Shown here one piece after another: positions 27,222-41,043 of a DNA stretch of 64,000 nucleotides. Made by a program: the position numbers and the translations under genes. The first letter of the stretch is position 1, and the number at the start of each line of letters is the position of its first letter. Below the pieces are notes generated by a model that made no database searches, had not been told where the DNA came from, and was given only the letters and a program-made list of their open reading frames with translations. Source of the DNA: Octopus sinensis (taxonomy: Eukaryota); NCBI RefSeq assembly GCF_006345805.1, contig NC_043003.1, forward strand, positions 107,942,001 through 108,006,000, read 5' to 3'.

Positions 27222-29138
27222 GGATCGACTACAAAAAGGCGTTTGATAGCATCCCCCACACATGGATCCTCGAAACACTAGCCATTAACAAAGTAGTGCC
27301 AACAATTATAAAGTTCATAGGACACTCTATGAATAAATGGCAAACAGTGCTACAGCTCCAAACAAAAGAGGGACTCATGAAAACCAAAACCATCCCCGTT
27401 AGAAGAGGAATATTCCAGGGAGACACGCTCTCTCCACTCCTTTTCTGCTTGGCACTGTCACCTCTATCTGATATGCTAAATAGAACTGGATGCGGATATA
27501 AATGTTACGGCAAAACGATCAGCCACTTTTTATATATGGATGACCTAAAACTATACGCTGCAAATGACAAACAGCTGGAAACACTATTAAAGACAGTTCA
27601 TAGATTTACCAAAGAAATAGATATGAAATTTGGATTAGAAAAATGCACCAAGGTAACCCTGAAAAGAGGAAAACTAGTTAAGAGTAGCAACATCACACTA
27701 GATAAAACCAATGAAATAAAAGAATTAGACCACAGCCAAAGTTACAAATACTTAGGAAACCATGAACTAGATAAGACACTACACACACAAATGAAAGAGA
27801 AGATAAAAAAAGAATATTATTGACGAGTTAGATCAATACTAAACACAGAGCTCAATGCTAAAAACAAGATAATAGGTATCAACACTTTAGCTGTCCCAGT
27901 TATAAGTTACAGCTACAATATCCTTAACTGGACACTAAATGAACTGACCAAAATAGATAGGAAAACAAGAAGAATAATGACAGGATCTAGGATGCATCAC
28001 CCAAAATCAGACATAGAAAGACTATATATACAACGTATAGAAGGTGGTAGAGGCCTTATACAGCTGGAAACTACTATAAAATAACCACCATAGGACTGCA
28101 AAAATATCTACTTCAGAAGGAAGGAAAACATACAAATAGCGGCAAAACACGAGCAAAACAAAAAACTGTTCTCAGTATTTAAGGAAGCTGACAAATACAA
28201 ACAAGAAATCATACCAATTACAAATATGAAGAAGATGAAGGAGATGAAGAAACAACAAAAGCTATAAAACAAATGAAATCCAAACTAAAACTAGAACAGC
28301 AAAGAACCATGATAAAACGATGGCAAGAAAATCCCCTTCATGGTAAATACTGGACTAAACTAAATGCAAAAGAAATAGACAAAGAAAAATCCCAGCAATG
28401 GTTGAGAAGCTCAGGACTCAAAACAGAGACAGAGGGATTTTTAATTGCAGCACAAGACCAAAGCCTCCCCACTAGAAATTACCAAAACCATGTAATGAAA
28501 AGAAATATAACAAGTAACTGCAGAATATGTGGAGATGGACAAGAAACAATAAATCATATTATCTCTGGCTGCCCAGTCCTGGTTAAGAAGGAATATATTC
28601 ACAGACATGACAGAGTTGGGACCTACATACACTGGAAGCTATGCCAACATTATGGAATAACAACAGAAAAAAGATGGTATAGGCACACACCAGAAAAGGT
28701 CACAGAAAACGAGAAAGCAACCATACTCTGGGATATAGTTGTCAGAGATCATGAAGAAAAAAATGCTTTCTAATTGATGTATCAATACCGGCAGATAACA
28801 ACGCGTCTCTAAAAGAAATGGAGAAACTTTCAAAATACAAAGACCTGGAAATAGAGGTAACCAGAATGTGGAATCTAAAAGCAGAAACAATTCCTATTAT
28901 AGTAGGTGCATTAGGCATGATAAAAACATATTCAGACAAATACGTAAGAAAACACCAGGACTTACAAACACATATAACATACAGAAAATTGCACTACTAG
29001 GCACTGCACACATCCTATGCAGAACACTCTCCATACAGTAACCATCAGAGCATCACAACAAATCACAGCACATACCCAAGGCACACAGAGCTGCGCTCGG
29101 TAGTGAAGTGAAAGCACGCTATAAAAATAAAACTACTG
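27222..29138 (+). mobile_element. R4/Dong-like REL non-LTR retrotransposon, family 1, 5'-truncated and frameshifted
   Basis: RT motifs DYKKAFD, RGIFQGDTLSPLLF and LYMDDLKLY; C-terminal CRIC..ETINHI.SGC and HD zinc knuckle; KYKDL REL motif. (AAT)n on both sides. Confidence 0.9.
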
Positions 29139-29160
29139 AATAATAATAATAAAAATGATG

Positions 29161-29194
<34 letters not shown>

Positions 29195-29333
29195 TAATAA
29201 TAATGATGATAATAATAATAATGATAATAATAATAATGATAATAATAATAATAATAATAATAATGATAATAATATATAATAATAATAATAATATAATAAT
29301 AATAATGATAATAATAATAATATAATAATAATG

Positions 29334-29364
<31 letters not shown>

Positions 29365-29401
29365 TAAAATAATAATAATAATAATAATAATAATATTAAT
29401 G

Positions 29402-29498
<97 letters not shown>
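29139..29498 (+). repeat. (AAT)n array
   Basis: Direct reading. Confidence 0.95.
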
Positions 29499-29500
<2 letters not shown>

Positions 29501-31245
29501 AATCATCTCATTTATATGGATGATTTAAAGATCTTTGCAAAAAATGACCAACAACTCAAAGGCTTACTAGCGATTGTTAAACAATTCAGTGATGACATCA
29601 GAATATAGTTTGGCCTCGATAAATGTGCAAAAGCTACTTCTATCAAAGGAAAAATGACAGAAACATCTAACGTTTAACCTTGACCAGCAGAATGTCATAA
29701 AAGAATTAGACCCAGCAGAGAACTACAAGTATCTAGGGGTAATTGAAGGAGAAGGAATAAGGCACTCAGTGATGAAGGAAAGGATCAGGAGAGAATGCTA
29801 TCGCAGAGTAAGAGCAATACTCAAGACAGAGCTAAATGCGAGAAACAGGATCGAAACGATCAATGCATTAGCCATACCAGTCGTGACTTACAGTTTCAAT
29901 ATCGTTAACTGGTCAATTACTGAAGTATGTAATCTTGACAGAAAAATACGAAAACTGTTGACAATGCATAGAATGCACCACCCTAAGGAAGATACAGAAC
30001 GACTTTATCTGCCAAGAAAAGAGGGAAGCCGTGGACTTTTACAACTGGCAATAACAATGAAGATTGCTACAATTGGCCTAGACACCTACCTGAAAAACTC
30101 TGAGGACTGGATGTTAAAACATGTTTCAAAACATGAAAACAAGAAAGTACCATACTCAGTAACAAAACAGGCAAAGGAATATCTAAGTGAATTCCGAATA
30201 CAACAAATTTCGGAATTAGAGATAGACACACAAGAAACAGGCACAGAAAAAGCTAAGCACATGAAAACCCGTGCTAAATCTACGGCCTTAGATATTCTGA
30301 ATAATAAATGGCAAGAAAAACCTCTCTATGGCAAATACCCAAAGAGAGCAAATAATGCAGATGTTGACAAAGCCCTGACCCATCAATGGCTAATGGCCTC
30401 TGGCTTAAAATCTGAAACAGAGGGGTTTATCATAGCAGCTCAAGATCAATGCCTACCAACAAGAAACTACCAGGTCAACATATTAAAGATCAGAAGCAGT
30501 CCAACGTGTCGTGTATGCCAGCAACAAAATGAAACCATTGACCATGTGGTCTCCAAGTGCAATCTTCTAGCACCTACAGAGTATCTCAACAGACACGATA
30601 GAGCTGCACAATATATTCACTGGGTAATCTGCAAAAACCTGGATTTGCCCCATGAAAAAAACTGGTGGGAACACAAACCACCCCCAGTGCTTGAAAATGA
30701 CCACATCTCACTCCTCTGGAACTTCACCATTCAAACTGACAGAAAGATAGATGCAAATAGGCAAGAAATCATATTGAAAGACTTGAAACAAAGAACATGC
30801 CTCCTCATTGATATGACTGTCCCAATCGATATAAACGTATCTGTCAAGACCTACCAAAATCTGAGCAAATATAAAGATCTTGAAATAGAAATCAGCAAAA
30901 TGTGGAACCTGAAGACTAAAACAATACCTGTTGTCATAGGTGCCCTGGGAATGATAGCAAAAGGGGCTGATAGCTACCTAATCAGATACCAGGAAACCCA
31001 AAAATGGCAGAAATTCAAAAGATAGTGCTCATGGGAACTGCTCATATCCTACGCATAATTATACAAACATAATTTTCGGTTTTTTTTAGACATTCATTAG
31101 TACAACACGAAAAACTCCCCCCCCCCCCAAATATATGGCACACTAGGCATAACAACAACATGAACTTCCAACCTGTTGTCTCTTGAGGTCTCTGGGTGAG
31201 ACTTGGAGCCAACTTGTACAAATATAAAGCAAAAGTCAAACATAG
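29499..31245 (+). mobile_element. R4/Dong-like REL non-LTR retrotransposon, family 2, 5'-truncated
   Basis: Starts at HLIYMDDLKIF. ORF 29769-31025 carries ETEGFIIAAQDQ, CRVC..ETIDHVVSKC, RHD and KYKDL. Ends ..caaacatag-(AAT)n. Confidence 0.9.
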
Positions 31246-31297
31246 AATAATAATAATAATAATGATAATAATAATAATAATAATAATAATGATAATT

Positions 31298-31343
<46 letters not shown>

Positions 31344-31354
31344 TAATTATAATG

Positions 31355-31391
<37 letters not shown>

Positions 31392-31420
31392 TAATAATAA
31401 TAATGATAACAACAATAATG

Positions 31421-31484
<64 letters not shown>

Positions 31485-31513
31485 TAATAATAATAATGAT
31501 AACAATAATAATG

Positions 31514-31555
<42 letters not shown>

Positions 31556-31583
31556 TAATAATAATAATAATGATAATAATGAT
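31246..31583 (+). repeat. (AAT)n array
   Basis: Direct reading. Confidence 0.95.
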
Positions 31584-31815
31584 AGTGAATTTTCTTTCCC
31601 TTTTCTGACCTTTATTTTCTTTGTTTACTTTTTTATTTGTTATTTTTTCTCTCAGTGTTTCTTTCCCTTTTTCTCTGTTACATGACTTTGTAAATGGACA
31701 ATTTGGTGCGATTATTTTAATGGCCTACCAATGTATACAGTGTGCTTCTCTGCCCTAGGTGTCAGGAAGACACTCGGCAAAAATTGAAACAGAATTGATA
31801 GAAAATGATAATGAA
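31584..31815 (+). mobile_element. Probable 3'UTR-only copy of another Dong-like family (family 4)
   Basis: No ORF. It lies between (AAT)n arrays and carries the same 3' hairpin architecture (31751-31779) at the same distance from the AAT junction as families 1-3. Confidence 0.55.
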
Positions 31816-32335
<520 letters not shown>

Positions 32336-34296
32336 GCGACTTCTCTTTGTTCAATTACTGGTTAGAAGCAATCATATTTGCGTAGATAAGGTAGCGGTGA
32401 AAATTAAAATAAACAGTGATCTAATCATTTCTGTGCTAAGATTAATCTCCACAACAGTCGAGTAATTAAATGAAATGGATAGCTTGGTGTTCTCTTATTC
32501 TATGGACATTGTCTCCAATACAGTATTGAGCTTGACACTATGAAGAGCTCATATGACATATGTGAATGCGAATAAATGTTCTCTACTGAATCGGTATGAC
32601 TAATTATTCTTGTATTCCACTCCTCTCACGTTGTCACCGTAAGAGTAATATATTTTGAAAATGATATGTATTTACAGATAATTTTATATTCATTCCAGTC
32701 GTACATACTCTGTGTCTAAGAATACTTTCTTTTCTGGACTTGCGTAATCATATTACAATAGTTTAAAGGCAGAGTGTGAATATTTAGCGTTAGATGATAT
32801 GCTTTCATAAGTCAGAATGTAAAGTAAATTGAAGCTCTTCATTGGTGTTTTAACAGAATTAGTTTCTTTGGCTACCATCGATACTTTGGTTGTCATCAGC
32901 ATCGCTAGCAAAGAAGCCTGCTATGTTGATTGATGGTGTCTGCAAAACCATTTCAAATAATAATATGCCGGAAAGGTCCTTCAGATACTGAAATTTTTTA
33001 AAGTATCGTTAGCTGCAACAAGGAGCCTCTATGCAATTATAAACTTGCTAGAAATACTATTCTAAACTTCTTCAAAAGAAGATGGATACATTAGTGAACG
33101 TAGTCCTTGGCATACAAGTTGAAAAAAGAAAAAGTCAAGAACGAAAAGTTTGAAATGGATCTAAACAACAAAAACCACAGCACCACCACCACCACCACCA
33201 CCACCACCACCGACAACAGCAACAACAACAACAACAATGTGACTTCTGTTAAATGAAAACTCATGCAGCCTAATTCCTAATTTTCAAGCTCTCCGGAGGA
33301 AACACATCTTATACCATTTGGCCATTAGCAGATTCATTAAAAACTTTTGCCGTACCCGGGTCTATCCCATTTACGTTATAACTGATTGAGCATTTGCTCT
33401 ATAACACCCAGTAGTCATGCTACAGTTGCTTTGTGAGGCAGATTCTATTTGAACGGAATCTATTTTGAGAGAATCATTCAGTAAGTCTTTTGCTTCTATG
33501 AAAGTAATCAGTTTCTTTGTAGTTATAAGTCAGCGAAACGCTTGTAATTTTTAACATCTTTTTATTTCTATTTCTTCAGTTATTAGAAAATTTTTCTTTC
33601 ATTGTTAGATTCTACTCTTACTGCTAAAGTTTGGGATATCTTGACTGACTCTAGGCTCACTTATACACAGAGTATTACATTATTATATCGATGCACTTAA
33701 AATTGTAAAAGATTCGCTTAATATGTATGCTAATATTTTCGTCACTCTTTATGTATGAAGTAGCTAATCTAATTAAATGATTTCAACGGTAATTGCAATC
33801 TTGATAATTCTAAAACCAAAGTGTGTCCCAGTCAAAGTGCAGTCCGAAATTTGAGCTTCCGCCAAAACTCTACAGGTCACTTCCTTAATGAAGGTTTATC
33901 TATTTCCAAGGTGTATAGCACCTTTAATATAAGACAACTAGACTGAGTGCCACACACTTATATACATGCATGTAACTATACAAACATATGTGCAAGCATA
34001 CATATTAATTTAATAGTCACAAAACGAATAGGATATTCGTGACATTCTTCGCTGTTCGCTACATTAGCGGAAAAAAACGTTTATCGCGTCGCCTTTTCTT
34101 TACCTGCTACAAATAGCATTCACATCCTACCGAATCGTAGTAAACCGTCTTAAAAATAGAAATACACATTGGGCAACATAGTTCTAGATATACAAAATGG
34201 CGGAATGGTCAAGGCTGAAACACCTTTGATCATAGGTTCATTCAATAAGTTGACTTAGATTTAAACAACAAGAGGACAACGGCAACAGCAACAAGA

Positions 34297-34490
34297 GTGG
34301 AGGCGCAATGGCCCAGTGGTTAGGGCAGCGGACTCGCGGTCGTAAGAACGCGGTTTCGATTCCCAGACCGGACATTGTGAGGGTTTATTGAGCAAAAACA
34401 CCTAAGCTCCACGAGGCTCCGGCAGGAGTGGAGTTGAGGCCCGCTGTACTCTTTCACCACAACTTTCTCTCATTCTTTCTTCCTACTTCT
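34297..34490 (+). mobile_element. tRNA-derived SINE family B
   Basis: GGAGGCGCAATGGCCCAGTGGTTAGG (A box) and GGTTTCGATTCCC (B box); homologous to 61277-61549. Confidence 0.8.
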
Positions 34491-34717
34491 GCCACAAAGC
34501 AGAGGTACCATGGTGTGGTAAACTTTCAGACGCTAGTCTAGATTGCAAATCCACTGTACCCCAGGATGGTTCAGCTCTCCGCCCGTTAAAAGCGACCGTT
34601 GTTACAACGTAGCTTTCGCGCCCGTACAACCGCAAGTTGCCACACAAATTCTTAGAAGCTTAGAGTAGGCTCGAATTAGAGATTATTATTTGTGACTAAT
34701 GGCGTGAGTCCTGATTG

Positions 34718-34820
34718 GAAGAAGAAGAAGAAGAAGAAGAAGAAGAAGAAGAAGAAGAAGAAGAAGAAGAAGAAGAAGAAGAAGAAGAAGAAGAAGAAGA
34801 AGAAGAAGAAGAAGAAGAAG
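34718..34820 (+). repeat. (GAA)n microsatellite
   Basis: Direct reading. Confidence 0.97.
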
Positions 34821-35692
34821 ACAGCAACAAGAATTGCTTTAGGTATAAACAGTTAGATTCTTCTCTTAACCTAAGTGTTCTACCAATACGTTAGAGTATT
34901 GTTGACCGACACGAAATTGCGTAATTTCTACTTAGAAGTTTTCTTGAATGCACTTTAACATATATGAATGAATACCCGGCTGATTGCTCTATAATTTGCT
35001 CTATAATTTGACTCTAAATTGATGTCGTTGTAGTTTCGTATCAACCATGGCCGAGCAGGTCTGAGGACAAAAATGTTTTAGCGATGGCTTCTCATTTATT
35101 ATTCAGAAAGAGTATAATATAAGGTGCCTTGAAGAAGATCAAGCAATAATTTCTGGTAGGCCTTGAGGTCATGTAAAGCAGGCATGGGCAACATCTTCGA
35201 GAAGCGGTCCGTATGAATCAGAACTTGTCATCAGGCGGGTTGCACTTCTAAAATTTTTGAGGCAATTTCTAAGTTTTGAAAATTCCGGGGTATTTGCTTA
35301 TGACTGAGGTAAAGGGTCCTTCGATTGCTCGTTGCCTGGTCCAGTATTTTGAGATAGGCAAACATCCCATGAGCATCATACATATCTATCCGAAAGTTAT
35401 TGTAAATGTGATAAGTAAAATTGAATAAGTGAAAACGAAGATTGAAATCGCGTAGAATTGTCGGTTTCTCAATATATTTGTTTGCATCTGTGGCATACAG
35501 GTACATAAGCATAAGTCAGCACTTAAAACTTCGCTTTCAACATTTGTTAGGCATTGTTGATAAATTTTAATGACAAAACACTAACAATGGTATATACATA
35601 GAGATACATATATATCTATACACATATATAAGCTTGCATGCATACAATTATATGACTAAAACTATGTGTGTGTGTACACAGAAAGATACGCA

Positions 35693-35742
<50 letters not shown>

Positions 35743-36381
35743 CGTATGTATACATACATACGTATGTGCGTATAAATATATATATATACATACACCATCA
35801 TACATTAATGCAAATATCAGCTGAAACTAATACACACACATACTCACACACGAATATAGGATAAAATGATTGTATGTGTGTATGAAATGTGTGCGTATAC
35901 GTGTGTTTAGATATGTGTGTGTGTATGTGTGCTTGTGTGTACATGTGTATACGTGTGTTTAGGTATGTGTGTAGTTTATAGTTTCAAACCTTTACCATTC
36001 TATGTTCATATGAATATGGAACCTCCAGCGAAAATCAATTAGTCAATTGTGTGTTTTTTGAAAACACAATTAGTAAATGAATGGAGTCTAAACGTTCAGA
36101 TGCAGGAGAGTCCGTGGCCCCAGGGCAAAATACATAACATGCAACTTACCTTCATCTTTGTTATAGCAACTAAAGTACGATAACAATCCTGATAATGATC
36201 ATCAGGACACATATTATCGAAAATATAAACAAGTAATCAACATGTGCGCGAATTTTTTATTACATTTGTGTTTGTGTATTTAAAAATAAAAACAAGCGCA
36301 CATAAGCACGCACTTATAACAATAATTGCGTGTGTATATAAGTATACACTTGTGTATATGTATGTATGTATGTATATATAT

Positions 36382-36428
<47 letters not shown>

Positions 36429-36835
36429 AAAAAAAGAAAGAGATAAAGACAGAGAGTCAGAGAGAAGGAGAGAGACATACACACATTAATGTTATACACA
36501 CAAACATGTGTATATATATATGTATATATACACACATATATATATATATATACGTATATATACATACACACATACATATATTCATACATATACACATAAC
36601 TACACACATGCATACACACGTACATAAATACATACATGCATACATACATACATATACACACACACGCATTCATGCATACACTAATATTTGTAACAGTATT
36701 CAAGAAATTTCTGCAGTATTCTTTTATTCATCTCCCATTTTCCGATTTTATTTATCACAGGAATCTGAGGCGGAAGCATTCACCCGTTTGTTCTACGCTT
36801 ATACTCATGCAGAAATACACACACACACACACACA

Positions 36836-36910
<75 letters not shown>

Positions 36911-37820
36911 CATAACCTCATACACAGACATGCACGAACAGACATTTTCAAACGCTCACCTTGTCTGTCTCTCGCTCTCTCTCAACGAGAAGCATACTAG
37001 CATACCATTGTATTATTTAAATGCTCACATAATAGGTGTACAATATCTTATACATATTCTCTTTCACATATCTATTTCACACATACAAATACACTTCATC
37101 TTTGTATAGCATGCTCACTCTTTTCTATACATGCACTTAGCACATAGGTATGTAAATGAACTTTGATTCAGCCCTACATAATACACAAACAGTTTCCGTG
37201 GCCCATGGCACAATTTCATTTTCATAAAGACATGAATATATAATTGGTAAAATCCATTAAAGACAGATATACACAAGCACATATGCTTACATAGATACAC
37301 GTAGATACATGAGGTTTTTGATGGTGTAATAATAAAATGGAAGGTAATAACCATGATAGCTTTTAAGACCGATTCGTGAAACAAACTATGATTCAAGATG
37401 CCATATTTCAAGATACGTGAATATATATTGGCTTAGACATGTCTAATACATTACTAACGTTTAAACATAAATAGCACACACACACACACAAACAGATTCA
37501 AAGACAGACATATCTAAAATGAGAGACACCCCAACTGTCTTCGTTCCATTTAACTTGTGGCGTCTTTTTGAAAGTAGACATACACCTGCTTTGGTTTCGT
37601 CAGTAATTTAGCTTTGCTTTATCCCATAGGAGAACAAAAGAGAAGACATTTATTGTCTTTAGGCATTATTATATTTTGGCCTCATAAGAATTGATAAACG
37701 TCGAGACAACGTTCACTTCTTTTTTTTTCTTTTGGAACGGCGAAACTAAAAGCAGATAACTCTATAAACCATAACGTGTAAACGTTGGGTTAAAAACCCT
37801 TTCGTATAGAAATAGTTAAA

Positions 37821-37892
37821 GGTTCCCCCTGGGACACGAACCCACATCTTCTGTAAACATGGGAGACGTTCTGCCTTTGGACCAAAGCAATG
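37821..37892 (-). pseudogene. tRNA-like remnant (pseudo-tRNA or SINE head)
   Basis: Minus strand has TGGTCCAAAGG (A-box-like), TGGG-TTCGTGT-CCCA (T-arm-like) and a 3' GGGGGAACC. The acceptor stem does not pair and the anticodon loop is abnormal. Confidence 0.35.
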
Positions 37893-39794
37893 CTTCGAAT
37901 TTCTCTGCCTTCAAATTTTTCATGCTATGATTTATAGCTTTATCTGCTTCAAGTTTCACCGTTCCAAAGAAACAAAAAAATCTGATATAGGCACAAAACC
38001 TGCAATTTTGAAGAGAGATGTTTGTTAACCGATGCCGTCGAACCCAGTAATTAATTGATACTTTATTTTATCTAATCCAAAACGATGAAAGAGAAAGTTG
38101 ATTTCGGTGGTATAAAAGAATATAGCACATAAACATTTAACTTAAAAACTAATTATGAACAGATACCAGAACCAAATAAAGTCTTCTAAATTGGCCTGTT
38201 TAATTAGCAACACAGTAATTAAGAAGTATACAATACAGAGTTACATCCGAGGTGGTAGAATAGAAAACAAAGTACTATTTCACAAAATACGTTTTTCAAA
38301 TTTTCGTATCAATTTAAATTTCTTTTATAAAATCATTATCCAAAAAGAATAAAAATACTGTAACAAAGCAGAAGCAGTAAATTTCCACCTTGGGTAGGTG
38401 CTATTAACCCGAAGAGGGCATCGTTATCTTTTATCATTTACTTGTTTCAGTCATTTTATCTTTTATATTTTACTTGTTTCAGTCAGGCCATATTTTATCG
38501 AATGTGAAAGGATGAAATGCGAAGTTAACTTCAACTGGATTTAAGCTCAGAATGTAAAAAGCCAGAAAAAATGACCCTAAGCCATTTTGCTCACGATCTA
38601 ATGATTCTGCTAGTTATCTGCCTTTTAATATTTATACGTTCAAATCCAGGCCCATAAGGAAAGAGAAAATAATGTACTAAGAATTGAATATGTAGCGACG
38701 CTTCAGCCATCTGCTCTCATCTCTTTGAAATACTTGTTCGACAATGATGAATTATTCTTGTCTTTTAATGATATACATACATCTACCACTGTATCTAAAT
38801 ATCTGCTCTATTTTTCTCTTGTTCTTATAGTAGTAATACATATATGTGGCATAACATATTTAACTAAAACATTCTCTTTATTTTTCATATTGTGAATCTT
38901 TAAGCATTACTTATATCCTTGCAGAAATGTTCTTTAGTATAATACAAGTACACTTTGTACACATGTAATATATAAACTGTAAATATGATAAATGCATGTT
39001 TATTTCTAAAATCGTTCTTGTCTACGAATGTAACGTCTTACCTGATTACCAATGGCATTATAAAGACCAGCACAAATATAAAATGCAGAAAGAAAAATAG
39101 AGATTAAGAGAGAAAGACAGAAAGACAGAAAGAAAGGAAGGAAGAGAAAGAAAGAAAAAGCGAGAAGAATCAAAACAGAATGTAAAAGTGACTAACAGTT
39201 GTTCATATTTAAAAAGGTCAAACAGCAATAAAACTAGAGACCTATAAGCTCCAAAAGATGAAGCGAAGTTGATAAGTAAAGAAAGTAACTCAAGGCTTTT
39301 AAAAACTCATCAATAACCGATTTGAGATCGCATCAAAGACCAGGTTACAAAATGCAACACAAAAGTTTTAAACCTTAAGAAATGAACGAAAAGTGAATAT
39401 GACAGTTTTATATTGTTTGAAATGGCTATAAGCGATAATTCACAATGCAGTTATTTCAATTTCAACACATAATCTCAGTTGCCAAACAAGTAGAATTCTA
39501 GGCGTTTTAGCTAAACCTTCTGCACGTAAAATTTACATGCCTTCGTTCATTAAGTAGTTGAAAATGAAATCTACACTTTTCCGTGAATGTTGGGTATGAC
39601 TGTTTTTAAATATTATCCACTGTAAAAGCTGCGTGATTAACTATTTGCCTGTCCTGTATCTCACATGCGATACACAAGACATATTTCCCCGACATGCATG
39701 GGTCATATATGATACACGTTCCCAATTTTTCTCAATCACTAAAGTAACTTCAAATTGATGAAGACATACGAAACAAGGTCACAGGTGTAGGTGT

Positions 39795-39930
39795 ATAATA
39801 AGTTTACCCCTCAGTCACAAGGTTCTAGGTTCAGTCTCACTGCATGGCACCCTGAGCAAGTGTCTTCTACTATAGCCTCGGGCAAAGCCTTATGAGTGGA
39901 TTTAGTAAACAGAAATTGAAAGAAGACTGT
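39795..39930 (+). mobile_element. SINE family C, 5' part
   Basis: ggttctaggttcagtctcactgcatggcacc..gcaagtgtcttctactatagcctcggg..gaaagaag. Confidence 0.7.
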
Positions 39931-39954
39931 CATATATATATATATAATATATAT

Positions 39955-39985
<31 letters not shown>

Positions 39986-39986
<1 letters not shown>

Positions 39987-41002
39987 CTAGCATTAAAGAC
40001 CTGTCGTTGCCGGGTCATAGTGCTAGTACATGTATATATGTGTATATATATGTGTACATATTACATGTACATCTATATATATACATCTACACATAAGATA
40101 CAAAATACAAAGTTATATCTTGATATCGCTAGTGACAACAATACTCAAAATATATAACAGACTGGAATTGTTAGCCCGTCTCTTGTAATTTCGATCAATT
40201 GTATCTTGTCCTCCCTCTTGTATAGAAGTGTGGCTTACAATTCAGCCTACCTCTACTTCTGGGTGGGGATGGGGGGATTTTTAATTTTTATCCGGGACGT
40301 CCTACGTCCCAGATATAAAGGTAGAAATAAAATATTTCCACTTTGCAAGTTCGAGTCGAGTACTCCCTTGCACGCTCCGTTGACTCGAACCTTGCTTCTA
40401 TTGTGGCGAATTTACCGCCTCTGGTTAGATATCTTTCATAGTCGCACCAAGACACTTTTCGAAGGTGCTTTCCTCCAGGTGTTCAAATCTTCTTTTTTCT
40501 CTAGATTGTATACTTTATAGATAATAGTCTTTTCTTTAATTTAATTTTTTATTATCCATCTGGACTATTCCATTTCTGCACACTAATTTTATTTTTAATT
40601 TATTCCCATTCATGTGAAACCACTTATTCAAGTTCAAATCATTGATGCAATTTTATACCAATTGCTATTTTTACTTTTGTTATGTTACGATTATATTATA
40701 CTTTAGTTTGATTTTAATTATTACTTACTACATATAATTCAATTGTTATTATTATTTTTATTGTTAAAGTGAAAGCATCTGACATAAAATAGAGAAATGT
40801 TTTTGTTTCACTTTTAACACGTAATACCGAAATAGTGGAGAAGATATGATATTGCTATGGGCAAAAAGTTGAACATTTTTTGCCCATGATGAAACTACAT
40901 GGACCCTAAGTAAGGCATGTGTAAAATTTGAATGAAATTGGTTGTGTAGTTCTCAAGTTTTAGGGAAACACACAGACAGGCAAACAGACACACATTCTCA
41001 GT

Positions 41003-41010
<8 letters not shown>
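39986..41010 (+). mobile_element. Non-autonomous Helitron-like (DINE-1/Lep1-type) element
   Basis: 5' ACTAG followed by a short GC hairpin; 3' aaatttgaatgaaattggttg..acagacaggcaaacagac..(TA)n; same architecture as 60026-60396. Confidence 0.5.
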
Positions 41011-41040
<30 letters not shown>

Positions 41041-41043
<3 letters not shown>

